A DNA stretch of 64,000 nucleotides. It comes from the human T2T-CHM13v2.0 reference genome, Homo sapiens. Below the pieces are notes generated by a model, which worked only from the letters and a program-made list of their open reading frames with translations, was not told the DNA's origin and did not search any database. A program made the position numbers and the translations under genes. Below, one piece after another: positions 16,741-32,943 of the stretch (position 1 is the first letter of the stretch; each line of letters opens with the position of its first letter). Location of the stretch: assembly GCF_009914755.1 (NCBI RefSeq), contig NC_060925.1; one strand, 5' to 3'.

Positions 16741-18061
16741 TAGTATTCAGGCTACTGAGGTGTTGCACCTGCAGACTCTCAGGTGGCACTCACCCATTCT
16801 CTCTCTCTGCCGAGCTCCCGTGTTCCATCCTTTGTTCCTCAGTGTCCCCACCTGTTAACGTGTTGAATGTAATCCCCGTGTCTTTTGGATAAATCAGAGA
16901 ATCCCATATCATTTATTACTTAGGATCCTGAGCATTCAGTTTTAGCTTTCATACTAAAGATAGAGAAAATAAAAATAGATACCATTAATCTTTACACTTC
17001 TCCTGTGGTCCTGATTGCCAACCATAGTCTGAAAGATCTGCAGCGGATTTATTACTTTGCATGTTCTTTATTTCCTTTAAACCCGGGCGTGTGAGGAACG
17101 TTGATTTATGGAGCCTAGATCATGCTTGGCTGGGGAATGGGAGGAGGGAAGCAAAGTGTTGTTCAAGCTGCAGTAAATTTAAACATCACTAGTATTTCTT
17201 TACACATGCAAGGGGGAAAAGTCCTAACTTAAGTCCATTGCTACAGGAGCTCATAAATTAAAAATAACAAGACTATTTCCTATACACCTGGAGCTTCAAA
17301 ATTACATGCCGTTAATTCTTTGATTGCCCCCTTCACAAAAGAGCCATTGAGGGTGACAACTCAAACAAGATCTCCACCACAGCCGTGAAATCCAATCAGT
17401 GATTCACCTTGTGTCTTTGACCTTGTTCAAGATAAGGAAGTGACTTGTCTGAAACATAGACTCTAAGAATTTAGTCCCATTATTTTTTTCCTCAAACTTT
17501 TCCCTCTCATTACTCTCTTCTCTCTCTCTCCTCTCTCGTTTTATTTTTTCTAATTTTACATAAATTTTAAAACAAATCTAACAGCATCAGAAGACCAAAA
17601 CACAGGAAAGTCTTCTTGACTTTCCACTATGTTCTGAGCCATAAATCCTTTCGTGTGCTCAAATAATACACCCCAGCTGGTCTGTTGGATGAATTTGGTT
17701 AGCCTCTTAAATGTTTTAGCACCTGTACACCACAGAGCTCCCAAAAGCGAGGAAATTATGTTTCCTCCTGTCCCCAACGGATTGCTTTTCACCTGGGCCA
17801 TATAGCTGCTGTGTGCCACTTTACAGAGGTTAAGACTGAGCAGTCCTGGAGGACACAGAAAGCTCTAAAGAAGTACAGACACAACTTCAAGTCCTCATAT
17901 ATTTTACTTCTTCATCTTGTTCTTTGAGAACTACGTTTACTTTCTTTGAGAAAATGCATAAAGGAGAAAGAGAGGATATACTTTATTTTGATTTTTAGAG
18001 AACCTTAAAAGTGTCATGCCAGAAGCGGTGGAATTGAGTTTTCACTCTTATACCACCCAGA

Positions 18062-18918
<857 letters not shown>

Positions 18919-19482
18919 GTAATAAATGAATTTTGTTGGGATTAGAGAAAATGTTTTGAGATGGGGCGAGAATTGTCTTAAAAAGTAAATAGAGTTGCAA
19001 TAAGTGGTCGTTTTCCTCTGGAAGGAAAAGTGTTAATAATAGGAACCCCTATGAAATGTATTGGATTGGCCTCATTAACTATTTTTTCCCCCAAGGGCTC
19101 AAGATAAGAAAGTACCACGGGAAATCTCCAAATTGGTACACAAATCTAAATTATTTTAGGTAATAAAAAATCATCAAAGTAGAATAAACGGGAAGAAATG
19201 AGCAGAGGAGCTTTAATGAGAGCAAGGAGAAACATTTTGGGTAAAATAATTCAAATTATTCTTATGAGATGATAGACTTGGAGAAACTATTTATAATTGA
19301 GGAAGGGGATGTAAGGACTTTGTTGCCAGAAGATTCAGCCTAAGATCACCAGGAGTAACTAAATGTGTTGGACATCATCGGAAAGAATATTGAAAATATT
19401 GAAACAAAGTGAAAGGTACCACCTTACCCTTGGGCAAAGTGAACACTTCTTTCAACCTAGAAGTTCCTATAAAGTTCTGACA

Positions 19483-19777
<295 letters not shown>

Positions 19778-21584
19778 CTAAAAGGTTCTCACAAGTTCAA
19801 CTTATAAAAGGGAAGCAAAGCCTGGTGAGCGGGTAGAGACTCCCATTTGAGAACGGGCATTTGGAAGAACTCCCTAGTCCGGATGACAAGAGCTAGGGTG
19901 CAATCTGAGTAGCTCATTTGGCACGTGGATAGATTATTCATTAAGTTTTGGAACTATCTCTTAAGACGGGGAAGAAGCAGCCTTAGGGAACAACAAAACA
20001 AGCTGTATTCCACATCCTAAGACACAGTACCGACTGAGAATATAAATCTGCAGGTCCAGATTAATCCACAGATGGCAGGCTGCTTGCAAGCTATTAGACA
20101 AAGCCAGGGGTGTTCGGGAGCAGATCCCCAACTTCTGACTCCATAGAGGGTCACAGCCTGCGTCTCTTGCACAGAAAGAGATGGAATTCTCAGCTAAGTG
20201 CCACAGGACTCCTGTCCAATACACTAGCCCTTCTAGTCTGTTTCTGAAATAGTCTTTTCTACATCATTTTTTAAAGCGGTCCGTTATTCCGAGCACTTTT
20301 ATCATGTAACACATCAGCTGCCATAAAAGCTTGAAGGTGGCTGAAAGTGGGCGAGGATCTAGAAGCCCCTTGGGCAAGTCCAGATTGGAAACACGTCATG
20401 GGACCTCCTTTTAGGGACAGTCTCACAGGCAGGCTGCCGTAGGATGACCTCAGGTGTCCCATGTTTTGGGTGGGAATGTCAACAGAGCAGATGCGAGAGG
20501 CATTTCACCCAAGCACCTGGATTGTTTCATGCCTGAAAGGAGGCAAGACAGGAAGGTATAAAATCCAGATCGGTGCAGTTGCTCAGAAAAGGGACAGGTG
20601 ACGGCCTGGCATTCTCTCCTTGGCTTCCTGTGGAATTTCAAAGTTACTGCTTTGGGATTGTGAACTCCAGCCATCTGCGTGCTTGGAACCTGGAGAGCAA
20701 TCCAGCTGGTGTCTACCACCGTAATTAAGAGGGGTGTGGAGCATGTAGGTGTTATACACCCCTGCCAATCACCAGGAAGGAGCTGAGTGTGGAATTCACA
20801 TTTGAAAGTGAAGATGCAGGAAGCCTGATAGCTCCCAAAAGAAACGGCCACCAGATTTTGTTTAAAACAAACAAACAACAACAACAAAACACACAAAAAC
20901 AACGGAAGGGTACACTTTAGAAAAACTATTGACTTTTTCCCAAGATATCTGTACCTCAGCCACAACTACAAAAAAGAGTCTCTTCCTCTGTTGCTGGCAT
21001 CTAGTCTGCTGTAATTGTAGAATTTTCTGATGCTCCATGGCCATCGTTGCTTCTTTGTCCTCCCCACTATTTCATCCGCCGGCTCCTGGGAGGGGAGGGT
21101 TCCAGTTCACTCGGCTAACGTGTGTGAGTCCGACAGTAACGAGCAACGCAGACCCCGGGAAGAGGAACAAGAATAGGACATTCCTATATTTTTATGTGGA
21201 GATTGATAATCAAGGCTAACAATCCTGGCAGAAGGTGAACAACACATTAAACAGAGGGGAAAAGATAATAAAATATCTCCTGATGCTTAACAATCGTTGG
21301 GTGGAAACATTCCCTGGAATTATACAGCTGTTGCATTTGATGGCTCATAAAGCCTCAGTAAAGTCCGTCAAGGGCCTTTTTTCTTGGCGAGGGACCATTC
21401 TTCTCATGCGGTTATGATAGCATCTGCTTCCTGTCCCTGGAAGTGCACAGAATCCACAGACACTGGCAGACGGAAGCAGGGGAGGAGCCCTACTGCAGAG
21501 GCATCTGGCCCTTTGATGGCTTTTGGGTAACTTCTGATCTACAGGGCATCGTATCAAAATGCAGACTGAGATTTAGTGGGTAGC

Positions 21585-21765
21585 CAGTGAGCACTTGCTA
21601 GGTGCCAGGCACTGGCTTAGGGTATTTCATTAATCCTGACAACTATGAGGTCAGTATTACCATTTTTAAAACAATACTATGGAAAACAGAGCCCTAGACT
21701 CCTTAAGAAACATACCCAGGGCATGCGGCTGACAAGTGGCAGGCTGAAGTCCCCACGCCTGGTAG
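21585..21765 (-). mobile_element. MIR
   Basis: 'gtgccaggcactg...taatcctgacaactatgaggtcagtattaccatttt'. Confidence 0.6.
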
Positions 21766-21945
21766 CCTTTTTTCTGTTACTGCAAAGATGGAGGAAGAGG
21801 CGAGAGTTGCTTCCTGTCCGTGCTCTGGGTACGTGTGAAATCTTGTGCATCTTCTTATACCGGGTGTTCAGGCACATGTGTGTTGAGAAGGGATGCTGTT
21901 TTCCAGAAGACTCAAAAACAATGATGGGGGTCCTAGGTGACTTAC

Positions 21946-23858
21946 TGTTTTAGGTCGGGGTCCCCAGAAGCAGATCTTGATGAAGTGAGGATTTCTCTGC
22001 AAGTGATTTATTAAGAATGTGGTCCTCAGGGAAACTGGGAAGGGAGTAAAGGAGGCAGGAAAGGGAAAGAGACAAGCCAAAGATGAGTCCTTTCTCAGGC
22101 AAAATCCGGTGGACAGCGGCTTTTAGCTTCAGCCTGACCATACTGGGGAACTCTGGGGGTTTGTCCTGATGGGAAGCAGCAGAGGTGAGCGGTCATCTCC
22201 CTCACTGTTCACCCTGCAGTCATCTCCCTCACTGTTCACCTAGAGCTGTCATCTCCCTCACTGTTCACCTAGAGCTGTCATCTCCCTCACTGTTCACCTA
22301 CAGCGGTCATCTCCCTCACTGTTCACCTACAGCGGTCATCTCCCTCACTGTTCACCTACAGCGGTCATCTCCCTCACTGTTCACCTACAGCGGTCATCTC
22401 CCTCACTGTTCACCTAGAGCGGTCATCTCCCTCACTGTTCACCTAGAGCGGTCATCTCCCTCACTGTTCACCTAGAGCGGTCATCTCCCTCACTGTTCAC
22501 CTAGAGCGGTCATCTCCCTCACTGTTCACCTAGAGCGGTCATCTCCCTCACTGTTCACCTAGAGCGGTCATCTCCCTCACTGTTCACTTAGAGGAGAGGT
22601 CATCTCCCTCACTGTTCACCTAGAGCTGTCATCTCCCTCACTGTTCACTTAGAGGAGAGGTCATCTCCCTCACTGTTCACCTAGAGCTGTCATCTCCCTC
22701 ACTGTTCACCTACAGCGGTCATCTCCCTCACTGTTCACTTAGAGGAGAGGTCATCTCCCTCACTGTTCACCCTGCGGTCATCTCCCTCACTGTTCACCTA
22801 AAGCGGTCATCTCCCTCACTGTTCACCTAGAGCTGTCATCTCCCTCACTGTTCACCCTGCGGTCATCTCTCTCACTGTTCACCTAGAGGAGAGGTCATCT
22901 CCCTCACTGTTCACCCTGCGGTCATCTCCCTCACTGTTCACCTAGAGCGGTCATCTCCCTCACTGTTCATCTAGAGGAGAGGTCATCTCCCTCACTGTTC
23001 ATCCTGCGGTCATCTCCCTCACTGTTCACCTAGAGTGGTCATCTCCCTCACTGTTCACCCTGCGGTCATCTCCCTCACCGTTCACCTAGAGCGGTCATCT
23101 CCCTCACTGTTCACCTAGAGCGGTCATCTCTCTCACTGTTCACCTAGAGGAGAGGTCATCTCCCTCACTGTTCACCCTGCGGTCATCTCCCTCACTGTTC
23201 ACCTAGAGCGGTCATCTCCCTCACTGTTCATCTAGAGGAGAGGTCATCTCCCTCACTGTTCACCCTGCGGTCATCTCCCTCACTGTTCACCCTGCGGTCA
23301 TCTCCCTCACTGTTCACCCTGCGGTCATCTCCCTCACTGTTCACCCTGCGGTCATCTCCCTCACTGTTCACCTAGAGCGGTCATCTCCCTCACTGTTCAC
23401 CTAGAGCGGTCATCTCCCTCACTGTTCACCTAGAGCGGTCATCTCCCTCACTGTTCATCTAGAGGAGAGGTCATCTCCCTCACTGTTCACCCTGCGGTCA
23501 TCTCCCTCACTGTTCACCCTGCGGTCATCTCCCTCACTGTTCACCTAGAGCGGTCATCTCCCTTACTGTTCACCTAGAGCGGTCATCTCCCTCACTGTTC
23601 ACCTAGAGTGGTCATCTCCCTCACTGTTCACCTAGAGGAGAGGTCATCTCCCTCACTGTTCACCTAGGATGGTTGCCGTGGGGAGGAGGCGGGTGGTGAA
23701 TCCCAGGCCTTTTCAGCGGCCCTCCAGGCCTGCAGGTTCAAGCAGGCTCCAGTGGCCTGAGGGCAGGCCTTTGAGAAAGAGGCTGACTGTTAGAAGCAGA
23801 AGCCCTTGAAGGAGCACACAGAAGGGGTCTGGGCTAAGCGGCAGCGTGGCGACCTACA
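21946..23858 (-). mobile_element. LTR16-like LTR (ERVL) split by a minisatellite
   Basis: 21946 'tgttttaggtcggggtccccagaagcaga...tgcaagtgatttatt' is the reverse complement of an LTR16 3' end; LTR-like sequence resumes after 23667; ~435 bp without the VNTR. Confidence 0.65.
22190..23667. repeat. Minisatellite/VNTR, ~51 units of 27/29/32 bp, consensus GGTCATCTCCCTCACTGTTCACCTAGAGC
   Basis: Directly visible tandem array; units counted by hand. Confidence 0.98.
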
Positions 23859-24759
23859 CCCGCCCCTCCTCCGTACCTTGCAGGAGGCAGCGGGTGCTGA
23901 GGAAATGGGAAAAGAGCCGCAAGATTAACCAGATACCCGTGGTATTTTCAAGCAACACCATCTGCTGTATTTCCACAGAAAGGGTGTTGATTTTCCTGAA
24001 TTCTAGAGGTGGTGTTTTCATCACTGAGTTCAGATGCCTTTGATTGATGAGCCACCTTCAAACCAAGTCAGCATGAAACAGAAGCTTGGGTTAGTTCACG
24101 TTGTTTGATATAATAGGACAAGGCAGACTAACGTCTCTTGAGAATGAAGGGAAGTTTTTCCTACATAAACTTCCACATTCTCTCACAAGGTGGGAAAATA
24201 AAAAGGGAAAATGACGTGAGGGGTTGCCCAAGACAGGGATCCTTCCCATCTGAAACCATGCTGTGACATGAAGTGCCACAGATTCCAAAATCCACGTGTG
24301 TCTTTCTTCGAAACCAATAGCCACGTGTAAAAAAAATTATATAGCGTATAAACCCATAGCAGCAACATTTTAAGTGGAAACAGATTTCTTCCATTTTAAA
24401 GAAATGTCAACTGTGTTAGGGAGTCTGGGGATCCCTCGCATACATCCCAGCTGAACATGAACCCCAAATTCCTGTGTAATGTATCGCAGAATCTGTCCTT
24501 TGCTCACTTCGTATCTGTCATCAATCAACACTGCAGACTCTGGAAGCAAGCATGTTATGGTTTTACTCTTGTGACTAAGCGGAGACAAGAAGGCATTTTT
24601 CTCCTCCTTGGGCTGTTTGGAAAGCATAGAATGAAATCCAGGGCATGGTCATCATGAATTATAGCGCAGCCAGGCTGGTCTAGAATCTCTCATCTTCCAG
24701 GCAACCCCAGCCTTGGCAGCACCATCAAAGGGTCATGGATAACAATTTTAAAATGCAGT

Positions 24760-25060
24760 GAATGAAAGTGTTCATATGATGCTAATGGAATCATAATTTT
24801 TAAAGTGTCCTCATCCTTTAGAGATATAGACTAAAATACTGGCAGATGAAATGCTATGATTATGGGACTTTTGTCACAGTAATACTACAGAGAGAAGTGC
24901 GTGCGTGCGCGTGTGTATGTGTGTGTATGCATGCATGTGCGCACGTGAGGGGGATACACATGGAATAAGATTGGTTATGGATTGGCAATTGTTGAAGCTG
25001 AGTGACAGACACATAGGCTATTCTATTTTTGTATATGTTTAAATTTTTCCATAATAATAG
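24760..25060 (+). mobile_element. L1ME-type 3' end fragment, with internal (TG/CG)n
   Basis: 'gcaattgttgaagctgagtga...tttgtatatgtttaaatttttccataataa'. Confidence 0.7.
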
Positions 25061-25428
25061 GTCAAATAGATCATAAGCATAGTGTATACTCACAGGTCCC
25101 TCCAGAAGAATCTAAATGCCCAGCTACGCTGGTCACCGAGTATCCGCCTTGCTCTCCCAGGTGTCCATAAGCCCCTGCCACAGGGCTGGTGAGGAAGCCT
25201 GGCTCCCAGCTTGTGGCTACCTTTACACCCATCACTCTGCTCTCCTCCCAGAACTCCATTCCTCCAGTCACAGGGCCCCCAGCATAACAATTCCATTAGC
25301 ATCCTTCCCTCCCTTATTTCTTGCAAAATTACTCTTATCATGAATTCCAGGGACTGTGTTCATTTGAGTGGCATCATCTATTACTATTTCATTTACCCCA
25401 TCACATTTCTTTTTCTCACATAAAGATA

Positions 25429-25773
25429 CAGTCATTTGTCACTTAATAACATACACGTTCTGAGAGAGGCATTGTTAGGTGATTCTGTCATTGTGCGAAC
25501 ATCATAGAGTGCACTTAACATAAGCCTAAATGGTGTAGCCTACTGCACACCTCAGCTATATGATGTAGCGTATTCATTCTAGGCTATAAACAGTATAGCA
25601 TGTTACTGTACTGAGCGCTTTAGGCAGTTGTAAGACAGTGCTAAGTATTTGCATATCTGAACATATATGAACATAAAGAAGGTATAGCAAAGATACAGTG
25701 TTATCATCTTGGGGACTACAGTTGTGCATGTGGTCTGTCATTGACCAAAACGTTGTTCTGTGACGCATGGCCA
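25429..25773. mobile_element. Tigger3a (MER7A) DNA transposon
   Basis: TA|CAGTCA start, 'cgttctgagagaggcattgttagg...ttgaccaaaacgttgttctgtgacgcatg'; ~345 bp. Confidence 0.85.
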
Positions 25774-26997
25774 TATTAAGGTATACACTGGGTTTGGCTG
25801 CTTCTATACAAGGAGTTTGGATAAATTTCATATAGTGTCAGTCAAAAAAGTATAAGAAAATTAAGCCAAGTATAAGAAGCTGTGATTTGTCCCAGACATC
25901 ATGACCTCAGAAACAGAGTGTCTGTGTAGGTGACTGCTCTACAATAGGCTCAGGAAGGCATCGTGTCTGAGGGCCCAGGCTACAGACTCCTAAGTGTGTT
26001 TTTAGCCCCCAAGGCCATCTCCTTTTGGTCATTATGGAAATTCTGGAGCTTAATTAAAAGGAACCTAGAGTGCAACCTTTAGATTTAAGAGTAATAGAAA
26101 GAATAACTCCAAAACCTGTTTATTGTAGGGCAGTTAACTCTTATGTGAGCTCTTCATCTCATGATAGAAAAGGGTCCCTGGTGGAGGGGTCTGATACAAT
26201 TATAATTCTGCTCTCCCCCAATCCCCAAAGCATCAAAATAGAACTCTGGCCCCTCTCATTATATAGAGAAGCAAATCGTTACTGTGATCACTAGGGAGTT
26301 CCCACCAGCATTGCTGTGGGTCCTGAAAGAGAAAAGGAGGTTCCATGATTTGGGAAGTAAGTTTCATTTTCTTTCATATTTGGAGAGATAGTTTCTGATT
26401 ACAGCCAGTGGTCTCTTCTGTAAATATAGGTGGGCCATGGACTCTAGAGACTCTCAGGATATAATCTGAAGGATTGATTGCATATGAACCTGCCTACAGA
26501 TGCAGCTCTTGGTTCTGTTTTGGCTTTGCCTCCTCCCCTCACTGTGTGGTGGGTGGAGCTGGCTCCTCTCAAGCTGGTGCCTTCCTGGTGTGCTTGCTGC
26601 TGCTGTGGTGCCCGTGGCCCATCTGAATTAACATCTTCTGCGGTGCTTTAGGGTGCTTTGCACAAAGTCACTTGAGACTGATGGTGCTAAGGACTCATGG
26701 GTAATGGTCTAGTCTTAATGTTCTAATTCAATCCAATCCAACTTTTTTGTTTTGCATATCTACAAAGTGCATAGGAATATGCTTCGTACTGGGAGGAGAA
26801 CTCATAGTGCTTAATAAGGACTGCTATGGTCTGAATGTTGGTGTGCCCCTACAATTCCCATATGGGAAACTTGATCTTCAATGCTATAGTATTAAAAGAT
26901 GGAGCCTTTAGGAGGGGATCAGGTCTCGAGGGCTCCATCCTCATGAATAGGATTAGTGCCCTTATCAAAGAGGCCAGCAGGAACTTGTCCCTCCCTT

Positions 26998-27496
26998 CGA
27001 GGTGGGAGGCGGGGCTGGACTCTGGAGCTGGGCTCAGACACCAGACCAAAATGAGGACTAGATAAAACAGGGAAGGGGCAAAAGCAGCTTTTCATAAGAC
27101 ATGCCCACCAGTGTGCCATGTCCGTTTACTATTGTCCCAACAACACTCAGGAGTTACCGCCCCTTTCCGTGGCAGTGACCCCACGACCCAGAAGTTCCTA
27201 CCCTTGTCCTAGAAATTTCTGCATAAACTACCCCTTAATCTACATGTAATTAAAAGTAAATATAAATATGACTGCAAAACTGCCTTGAGCTGCCACTCTC
27301 AGCACACTGCCTATGGGGTAGCCCTGCTCTGCAGGACCAGTTATGGACCTGTAACACTACTGGAGCTGTGACACCGCCTCTTTAATAAAGCTGTTTTCTG
27401 CTACCCTACCACCAGCTCGCCCTTGAAGTTTTACTGGGTGAAGCCAAGAACTCTTGTGGGCTACGCCCCACTTTGGGGCTCACATGCCCTGCATCA
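26998..27496 (+). mobile_element. ERV1 solo LTR (MER66/MER41 group) inside the MaLR
   Basis: 499 bp ending 'gccctgcatca'; TATAAAT and AATAAA in LTR order; 4-bp TSD CCTT at 26994-26997 and 27497-27500. Confidence 0.8.
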
Positions 27497-27584
27497 CCTT
27501 TTGCCATAGGAAGACACATTGAAAGCACTATCCATTAGTAATGGCCCTTGCCAGACACCAAATCTGCTGGCACTTTGATCTTAG

Positions 27585-27956
<372 letters not shown>

Positions 27957-30275
27957 TAACTTACCCAGTCCAAGGTATTTTGTTATAGCAGCAGGACTGG
28001 ACTAAGATAAGGACTAATCTTAGTAGGAAGGAATTAACATGGACCTTGTGAGTTATGGCTGATGCTCAAAAGCCTGGAGGACGCCTTGCAGCTCTTTCCA
28101 CATGGTGTGTTCTGGAAACACTGTCTTAACTCCTCTCAGTTTGGTCTGGAGTTTGATAGTCATGTAGATTTGGGATTGGCATCACAACCTATAGTCAAAG
28201 TGATGAATCCTCTTGCATAACACAACTACTTTGCATTTTAATAATTTTAATAACTTTGATAACTAAACATTTACTCAAAAATGTATTTCTTGAACATCTA
28301 TGGAGTCCAGATATTGGGGTCTACTAGGCTTTGGCTGTCCTTGTGATTTTTAAAACCAGAAGCACCCAGAAACTATTAAATCCTTAAAGCAATACAAAAT
28401 ATTCACAGCCATAGCATGCTCAGTAGAGAACCTCTAATGCCTGAAACAAGGAGACTGTTTACTTTAGCACGTCAGTACTTGAGGATTTATTCTGTGTTGC
28501 GGCTTCTGGCCTGCGAGTTCAGAATAACATGATGTGGATTTGGAACCAAAATGAACACAGCAACAGACAGTCTATCACGATAATGGGAAGGAGCTGGAGT
28601 CTGCAGCTGCCATCGGCATCAAAGATCTAGCTTTTATTGAGCTCTCTATATCCCGACAGATCCTTGTCGTATGGAAGTGATTTGCGTAGGCTGAGAACAG
28701 TGGGGTGAAAAGAACCAGGGCATTTCTAAAAACCAGTGAGAGCAATTTACAAGCCTGAGCCAAGAAACAAGCTGGACACACCACAAAGGAAATGCATTTT
28801 CCCAGTAACTTTTTTTTTTTGGAGGAGGCTTTAGAGGGCTGGCCTGTGAATTGCATTTGTTTATGAATTGTCTAGTAATCACTTGCATTGTCGCTGGATC
28901 AGGAGGGGCTGTATTTTCTTCCCACACCTGATTTCCATGATTCAGTGCACCTCAAGAGCTCCATTTGTGTCACCTTCTCTGTGGCTGACGTGTGCGTTTC
29001 CACTTTGTACTGTTAATCAGTTAAGTGAATATGAGCTGGGAAGTGTGTTCACCAAACACCTGGCTAGCCCGAAGCTCTTTACATTTGACAAAACGGGAGA
29101 CAGAAATTAGAATGGCTTTTCTATTTTAGTCTAGATTATGGAATTCTGTAATCAAGATTACTTTAAAACCATCATTTGAATGAGGAGGTAAAATAGCCTT
29201 GATACTTCACTGCTGGAGAGGAACAATAGACAAACTCAAAAGACAAAAACATGAATTTTAAATGACAGTTTGTCCCAAGGACATCGTCATACTGTGTGCT
29301 TTTTACAGTCTGCTTGTTATCTTATGCAATTATTGCCAATGTGTTTTGCTAATGGATTCATTGCAAGTGGACTTACCCTACGTGGAATGAGGAATGTCCA
29401 TATGTGGTAGATGTGTTATTTATTGATGAGGAGAGGAAAGTGGATCAATGTGGTCTTTAGATGTGCGTGCTTTGCCTTGGGAAGCACCAGCATTGTCGTC
29501 TGAACTACAATTGGTGTGTATCTGGGTGGAATGTGGTACCCGTGGTGAGTTTGCTTGTTCTCTTTCCGTTGGCCCACTTGCAGCAACCAACTGTTGCCTG
29601 GACTCGGTATTTTGGGGGCCATTTTCTCTTACTTTTATCTGTTGGCCTTGTGGTTCCATCTGTAGGTTGCTCTCTCCGTCTAGCTTGGAAACAACATAAT
29701 GATTCCTTCCGAATCACTGGATTCACAGGGTTGAGGGACTTGCCTGCCACTGACATTCGTTGACTGGGATTAGAATTTGAAAAGATTTTCGCTGTTGCCT
29801 CAGGTGTTCTGAAAGGTGGAATGAATCATTTCCACTCAGTTTTAATGCTAGAGGGAGAAAGGAGTCATGTTAATTAGATGGGAAAGATGATCTAATCCTT
29901 TCTCAAAGAGCCTTTCTATAAGGTTTAGGGTACTGTCCAGCCAGCCTGCGGCTGCGTGAGACTAATGATGGGTACTGGGCTGTTGTTCCATTTCTGCTAC
30001 CATTCATTGTTGGTGCCTTTGGTAAATAATTCCATTTCATTGTGACTTCATCTTCTCATTGGGAAAATGAGACTGGTGATGTTGCGCCTCTTGGGTTAGG
30101 CGTATTCTGTGGTAGGATTTAGAGTCAAAAGTGTTTTTTATACTAAAAGACACTATGGCACATCTTCGTAGGACATTAGCTTTTCTTTGAAGATCTGGTG
30201 GTGGGGGGAAGGGGAACCATTTTTTGAACAGTAAAAAATAAAGAGATATAGTATGGAAAACAATGTGAAATGTGA

Positions 30276-30358
30276 ATGAATTTTTAAGATAGATATTTTA
30301 AGATGAATTTTTAAGATATTTTAAGATGAATTTTAAGATGAATTTTTAAGATAGATAT
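30276..30358. repeat. Short AT-rich tandem array, 6 copies of TTTTAAGAT with variable linkers
   Basis: Directly visible. Confidence 0.85.
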
Positions 30359-30951
30359 GCTGCTAAGTAATTTCTTGCTAGATTTCAACTGCTTTGGGGT
30401 GTGTCTTCCTATGGAAATGAATTCCTCGTGCCCACGGCCATTACATTTCCTACAACGGAAACTTTGACTTTTGTTTTTTTTTGAAGAGACATTTTGACTT
30501 ATTTTTTATTCTACCGTTTTTCTATTTGCTACCTCATTTATTTCTACTTCTAGTTTGTTATTTTCTTCCTTCTGCTTTATGTTATTCTTTTTTGTAACTT
30601 TTAGAATTTGGAATTTAATGCTTTTTAAAATTTTTATCAATATAAGTATTTAGGCCATAAATGTCCCACTGTTCAGTACTTTAATTGTATTTTATGTATT
30701 CAGATAGATAGTGTTTTTATTAACATTTCGTTTTAGAAATTCTGCAATTTGGGTTTGTAGTTCTCCCTTTACCCAATAATTACTTAATATCAAATTTTTA
30801 AATTTCTGAGGGTAACAGCCTCTTTGTTTTATTACATTTATTTATTTCTGGTTGTCTTCTATTATGATCAGATAATATTGTTTTTATTTTTTAATTTATG
30901 AATTTATTGAGATTTGCTCTGAGTTAGTTAATGTATAGCCAATTTTTATGA

Positions 30952-32603
<1,652 letters not shown>

Positions 32604-32699
32604 TAGATCTGTTTTATTGATCATGTTATTTAGATCTTCTATAGCTTTATTTTTTTAAAAAATCTCCCTGAATTACCTTGGACTAAGAGTGGCAATTTC

Positions 32700-32943
32700 A
32701 AGCAGCATTATTAAGAGCCATACAGAAGCCTGAGGCAAAAGGAAAAATCAGTAATACTGCATCCTGTCTTTATATAAAATATAAAATTTTCACATTTTAT
32801 TCATCACAATTTTTTGCATTTATTTTTATTTTTTAAAGTATTGCATTAAAAGATTATTGATTTTGGTTCCTGAGTTTTTGCCATCACCTTGAATTATGTG
32901 ACCAAGAAGAGTGCCTTTTCACCTTACTATAGTCCCAGCCCTG
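32700..32943 (-). mobile_element. MER96B-like hAT DNA transposon
   Basis: 'gcctgaggcaaaaggaaaaatcagtaatactg...tagtcccagccctg'. Confidence 0.75.

Noticed and set aside
22190-23667. CRISPR-like array (constant core plus variable linkers)
   Set aside because: Linkers are only 6-11 nt and recur from a few classes rather than being unique ~30-nt spacers; no cas genes; primate repeat context. It is a minisatellite.
28555-28680. Protein-looking frame TQQQTVYHDNGKELESAAAIGIKDLAFIELSISRQILVVWK
   Set aside because: No start codon or convincing splice sites, ends in a stop, and not a family I recognise.
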